IMG/VR virus record: IMGVR_UViG_3300032261_000057
Location: 1-29,287 of that record
Source: a virus
Lineage: Duplodnaviria > Caudoviricetes
DNA: 29,287 bases
Strand: one strand, 5' to 3'
Positions 26,452-29,287 of the stretch are shown here, in pieces; position 1 is the first letter of the stretch, and each line of letters opens with the position of its first letter. Both the position numbers and the translations under genes were made by a program. Below the pieces are notes generated by a model. It made no database searches. It was given only the letters and a program-made list of their open reading frames with translations, and was not told the DNA's origin.

Positions 26452-26546
26452 GCGTTACTCCGCATGGAGTGAAAGGGTGGCCCGAGTTTCCCCTCGTTCG
26501 GGTCCGACGAGTTAGCGGCGCGAGGGAGCGAACGCCTGGGAATTAA
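26452..26546 (-). promoter_or_regulatory. Structured intergenic leader with alternative pairings and an RBS-occluding hairpin
   Basis: Complementary pairs 26491-96/26521-26 and 26481-85/26498-502; ACUCC/GGAGU hairpin (26457-26470) covers the SD. Confidence 0.45.
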
Positions 26547-27125
26547 TTAATAGACCATCGCCATGGGGCCGAGATTGGCCGTATAGGTAGTGGGCGCCGT
26601 GATGCTGGCAGTTGTGCCGAATGACCCCGTGGCCGATCCAGTAAGGGTCGGGTTCACATCGCTATTCAGCGTGGCCAGCTTGGCAGTTGTGCCATTAGTC
26701 TGGACGGCCAGGAAATAGGTTCCCGGGACCGTCAGGTTGTAGGTGGCCGTGAAGGCAAAACGCTGCCAGGTTGAGGCAGTACCAACCAATGCGCCGGCTG
26801 TGGCACTATTGGCCAATACCGTTCCGGTCGGGCTGTGCAATTCAACCAGCCAGTTATCGGTGCCGCCCGTGGTGCCGATCAAGACCTGAATACCAGTCAG
26901 GACCGCAGGATTGCCGATAACGAGCGAGGAATAATACCGTGAGCCCGCAACCATGGTCTTATCCTTAACCTGGCCGAAATACAAAGATGCGGCAAGCTGT
27001 TGGACGAGACTTGTGGATGCGGTTTGCGGATTGGAACCATTGGCGAGCTGGGTATCCCAGTTCGTCAGTTCAGAACCAGTCCAAAGGGTTTGCTGCGGAA
27101 AGCCGTTCGTAATCCAGCCAGGCAT
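26547..27125 (-). CDS. Putative virion structural (head decoration/spike) protein; first late gene
   Basis: T/G/A/S-rich beta-sandwich-like sequence (LT.PGTYFLAV); AAAGGAG RBS. Confidence 0.65.
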   Translation of the reverse strand: MPGWITNGFPQQTLWTGSELTNWDTQLANGSNPQTASTSLVQQLAASLYFGQVKDKTMVAGSRYYSSLVIGNPAVLTGIQVLIGTTGGTDNWLVELHSPTGTVLANSATAGALVGTASTWQRFAFTATYNLTVPGTYFLAVQTNGTTAKLATLNSDVNPTLTGSATGSFGTTASITAPTTYTANLGPMAMVY

Positions 27126-27170
27126 GGCCAGTCTCCTTTCGATTGTTGGGGATTGGCCACGTCAATTGGA

Positions 27171-27200
27171 ATAGCTACCGCACGCGGGCCTTAACCCGCG
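27171..27200 (-). promoter_or_regulatory. Hairpin plus ops-like element (JUMPstart-like) in the late leader
   Basis: CGCGGG-TTAAGG-CCCGCG stem-loop followed directly by TGCGGTAGCTAT, matching the GCGGTAG core of ops (GGCGGTAGnnTG) on the non-template strand. Confidence 0.6.
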
Positions 27201-27223
27201 AATCAGTAACGCAGCCGAAGCAT

Positions 27224-27252
27224 ACCATAGGGGGGTAGGGTATGGGTGTCAA
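27224..27252 (-). promoter_or_regulatory. Sigma70-type late promoter
   Basis: TTGACA (27247-27252), 17 bp spacer, TATGGT (27224-27229); the -35 overlaps the stop codon of the RfaH-like gene. Confidence 0.78.
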
Positions 27253-27698
27253 GCGGCTCTGATCGAATTTCTCGGCACCTCGACTCGCTTGCCGCATATT
27301 TCGAGCAACGCCATCACCCTTGCCTTGCGATCTGCCACGAAAAGGCCCTGGAGGCCAGCTAGGGGCCCGTTCGTGATCTGGACGGTATCACCTAGCGTAA
27401 ATTGCGTTTGAGTCTGCGCGGCGCTCTCAGGCGGTCTGAAAGCCATAATAGTTTCAATCACTGCTTGGGGGACGATTGAGGGAAGAAATCCATCCTTGAG
27501 CAAATCAATGCAGCCTCGTGTGGATTTGATTTTGCCCCATGGGTCGCGGTCTCGATCAAATTGCACAAAGATATATCGGGGAAACATGGGCTTGGAGAAC
27601 ATCACGGGAAGGAAAACCCGGAAATCCTGGTTAGCCAGCTCAACCGCGGCGCGGGCCTCCTGCTGGGGTTTGGTATAGGCGACGAACCATTTCAGCAT
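27249..27698 (-). CDS. RfaH/NusG-family transcription antitermination factor
   Basis: NGN domain (WFVAYTKP..E.RA...PMFPRYIFV.FD...STRG) and KOW motif (GDTVQITNGPLAGLQG); GGAGG RBS before ATG 27698. Confidence 0.88.
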   Translation of the reverse strand: MLKWFVAYTKPQQEARAAVELANQDFRVFLPVMFSKPMFPRYIFVQFDRDRDPWGKIKSTRGCIDLLKDGFLPSIVPQAVIETIMAFRPPESAAQTQTQFTLGDTVQITNGPLAGLQGLFVADRKARVMALLEICGKRVEVPRNSIRAA

Positions 27699-27919
27699 TC
27701 CAGTGCCGCCTCCACCATGGCAGTCCATTCGGCCCGGATAATATCATCCAGGGTCGTCGCGGCATTGTAGGGAACACCTGGATGGGCAGCGCGTCCAGCC
27801 GCCATCATGCGATCAGAGGGTTCAAGAATGGCGTAAAGCGCGGCCCGTGCCATGTAATCAAAATCCGGCGCGGGAGAGTTCGATAATGCGCGGGCGATTT
27901 TGGTAATCATCTCATTCAT
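27692..27919 (-). CDS. Small phage protein
   Basis: IARAL...ARAAL.AI.EPS..M..AG...W.AM..AAL pattern; ATGA-coupled. Confidence 0.7.
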   Translation of the reverse strand: MNEMITKIARALSNSPAPDFDYMARAALYAILEPSDRMMAAGRAAHPGVPYNAATTLDDIIRAEWTAMVEAALEC

Positions 27920-28320
27920 TCCGCTGCCTCCGGTAATATTCTGAGCCCATTTCGCTTGTAGAAAGCACGGACAAATTCAGGCGTGACCATGCGTTCCTGC
28001 TTCTCTGCTGGGGCTGGCGGAATATATCCATCCCATGGTTCAGGATGGCGTGGAACTGGCTTGCCGACCGTCTTGCAGCCTTTTTCCTGGTCTACCTCGT
28101 CCCGAATGTCGGAGAGCCATTGGGCGAATTTATCCGCCGTGATTTGCGTCATCGGGGGCCATTCGTCCGTGACCGTCTGCCATTCCCCGAAGTATTTGAC
28201 GCCGATCTGAAGCTGTAGCCAGCATTTCCAGGCCCGGTATTGGTCTGTGGATTCGTGTAGAGCCCATAATTCCCCCTGCCGCCTGACAAAATCCGTATGC
28301 TTCCCGCCATCCTGCATCAT
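27916..28320 (-). CDS. Hypothetical protein downstream of the replication initiator
   Basis: 134 aa, ATGA-coupled at both ends. Confidence 0.65.
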   Translation of the reverse strand: MMQDGGKHTDFVRRQGELWALHESTDQYRAWKCWLQLQIGVKYFGEWQTVTDEWPPMTQITADKFAQWLSDIRDEVDQEKGCKTVGKPVPRHPEPWDGYIPPAPAEKQERMVTPEFVRAFYKRNGLRILPEAAE

Positions 28321-29006
28321 TGGACTATGCCAACCTTTCTGCGAGCCTGCATCTCCGCTTCCATTTCCTCTGGGGTGAGCTTGAACGCCACCACGTTGGC
28401 ATTAGCCGCTGGCTTCAGCTCATCTTCCCATCGGCCCTGATTGAGCCATGTCAAGGGATGCAGCGTGTATTGTGGATCTTGGCCGCGTCGCGTCTCAGCA
28501 TATGCGCCCATTGCGGCAACCAGCTTTGAGCCCTGAACGTCAGTAAGGGCCAGGAACTTGGCTTTCGCCTTTGGCTTCCCAACCTTCTTCGGGCATTTTT
28601 CCCAAAAAGCATCGAAGTCGCGCGCTCGCGCGCGTTTATTCTCCTCTTCTCTTTTCTTGTTCTCTCTCTCTTCCTCTAGGCTAGCAATCCGCTCCGTCTG
28701 CGCTAGCACTCCGCTAGCATCCTGCAACACGCTGAAAAATCCGCCCTCAATCAAAGGGTTAAGGCCGTCTGTGACCTGTGTATGGGTCATGCGGAGACGG
28801 AAGCTTAATTTCTTCGGATCAGCGTCGATGATGCCTTGGGAATCCTCACTGGCGATAAGCCACAACATTGGTGCTAGCGCCCTGCTAGCAACTGGCAAGC
28901 ATTGAAATTCGTAATTGTCCAAGAGGCTGCGGTGCAGCTTAATCCAGGCCGGATTCCGGTCCCGGTAGTGTTGAAACTCACCCCAGCTTTTGGGAGTAAT
29001 TCGCAT
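28317..29006 (-). CDS. Phage replication initiator / replisome organizer
   Basis: QHYRDRNP.WIKLHR.LL N-terminal domain, charged linker, F..FW...PKK.GK..A and HP.TWLNQ.RWEDE C-terminal domain. Confidence 0.8.
   Translation of the reverse strand: MRITPKSWGEFQHYRDRNPAWIKLHRSLLDNYEFQCLPVASRALAPMLWLIASEDSQGIIDADPKKLSFRLRMTHTQVTDGLNPLIEGGFFSVLQDASGVLAQTERIASLEEERENKKREEENKRARARDFDAFWEKCPKKVGKPKAKAKFLALTDVQGSKLVAAMGAYAETRRGQDPQYTLHPLTWLNQGRWEDELKPAANANVVAFKLTPEEMEAEMQARRKVGIVQ
28635..28719. repeat. Candidate replication origin: phased GCTAGCA iterons beside a purine/pyrimidine-asymmetric tract
   Basis: GCTAGCA at 28680, 28702 and 28713 (22 and 11 bp spacing), next to a ~43-bp near-pure C/T tract at 28635-28677. 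Confidence 0.6.
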
Positions 29007-29272
29007 CAGCCAAAGCCCTTCTGCGCCGCCAGATGCTTCTCCATGTTCCGTTCGGACATTTCCCGCTTGTGCTTGGCCCGCAATCTCTTGGCCGATTCCT
29101 TCTCAAGCCATTCCTTGCCGCGGTTGGTCATGGTGACTTCGATCTTGACCAGGCCCCTCGCTGCCATTGTTCGCATGGCCTGGGGCGTGGCGCTGAAGCC
29201 GATCTCCAGCATGTTCATGGGGGTGCCGATTTCCTCCATCCGTTTGAGAACGAAGAACCGCACATCGTCCAT
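29006..29272 (-). CDS. Hypothetical protein, possibly winged-helix
   Basis: MAARGLVKI..TMTNRGKEWL resembles a wHTH wing; TGATG-coupled to the initiator gene. Confidence 0.55.
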   Translation of the reverse strand: MDDVRFFVLKRMEEIGTPMNMLEIGFSATPQAMRTMAARGLVKIEVTMTNRGKEWLEKESAKRLRAKHKREMSERNMEKHLAAQKGFG

Positions 29273-29287
29273 TCGCTTTTGGGAGTT

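Larger units (their letters stand above)
1..29287 (-). mobile_element. P22-like tailed phage/prophage segment (replication, late regulation, morphogenesis, lysis)
   Basis: Colinear terminase, P22-type portal, scaffold, coat, gp4/gp10-like, ejection, tailspike and lysis genes. No host housekeeping genes, integrase or att site in the window, so phage versus prophage cannot be decided. Confidence 0.95.

Noticed and set aside
26475-26535. Possible SAM-II riboswitch, twister or HDV-like ribozyme
   Set aside because: Only superficial matches; the conserved cores could not be completed by eye. Kept as a generic structured leader.
25995-26550. Two TTAATTAA palindromes
   Set aside because: One includes a stop codon, and neither has the TTAA-N7-TTAA CtrA spacing; no further support.
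28986-29286. 12-nt repeat GCTTTTGGGAGT at 28986 and 29275
   Set aside because: Only two copies, in different positions relative to start codons and at the window edge; 12-mer repeats are expected by chance in 29 kb.
1-29287. CRISPR array, tRNA, integrase/att site, reverse transcriptase/DGR or invertible fibre segment
   Set aside because: None seen by eye; the paralogous head-binding domains are diverged at DNA level and no recombinase or RT gene is present.

Overview
The whole window is part of a P22-like (podovirus-type) tailed phage or prophage of a Gram-negative host, probably an alphaproteobacterium (inferred). Nearly all genes lie on the minus strand and are tightly coupled by ATGA/TGATG-type overlaps. 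Read from right to left, the order is: replication initiator with an internal iteron-like origin; an RfaH/NusG-family transcription factor; a near-consensus sigma70 promoter followed by a hairpin and an ops-like element; then a ~27 kb late operon. That operon holds head-spike-like genes, TerS, TerL, portal, scaffold, coat, a fibre cassette, gp4- and gp10-like neck proteins, a collar/needle protein, three ejection proteins, two tailspike head-binding-domain modules, a lysis cassette with an embedded o-spanin, and accessory genes. The strongest lead is a phage-encoded RfaH-like factor with a candidate cognate promoter/ops cassette, sitting where lambdoid phages keep Q/pR'/qut. Further leads are two enzyme-like genes inside the virion module (Maf/DUF115-like and sulfotransferase-fold) and several structured leaders in front of structural genes. 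Family assignments come from motif recognition and synteny by eye; no searches or folding programs were run.
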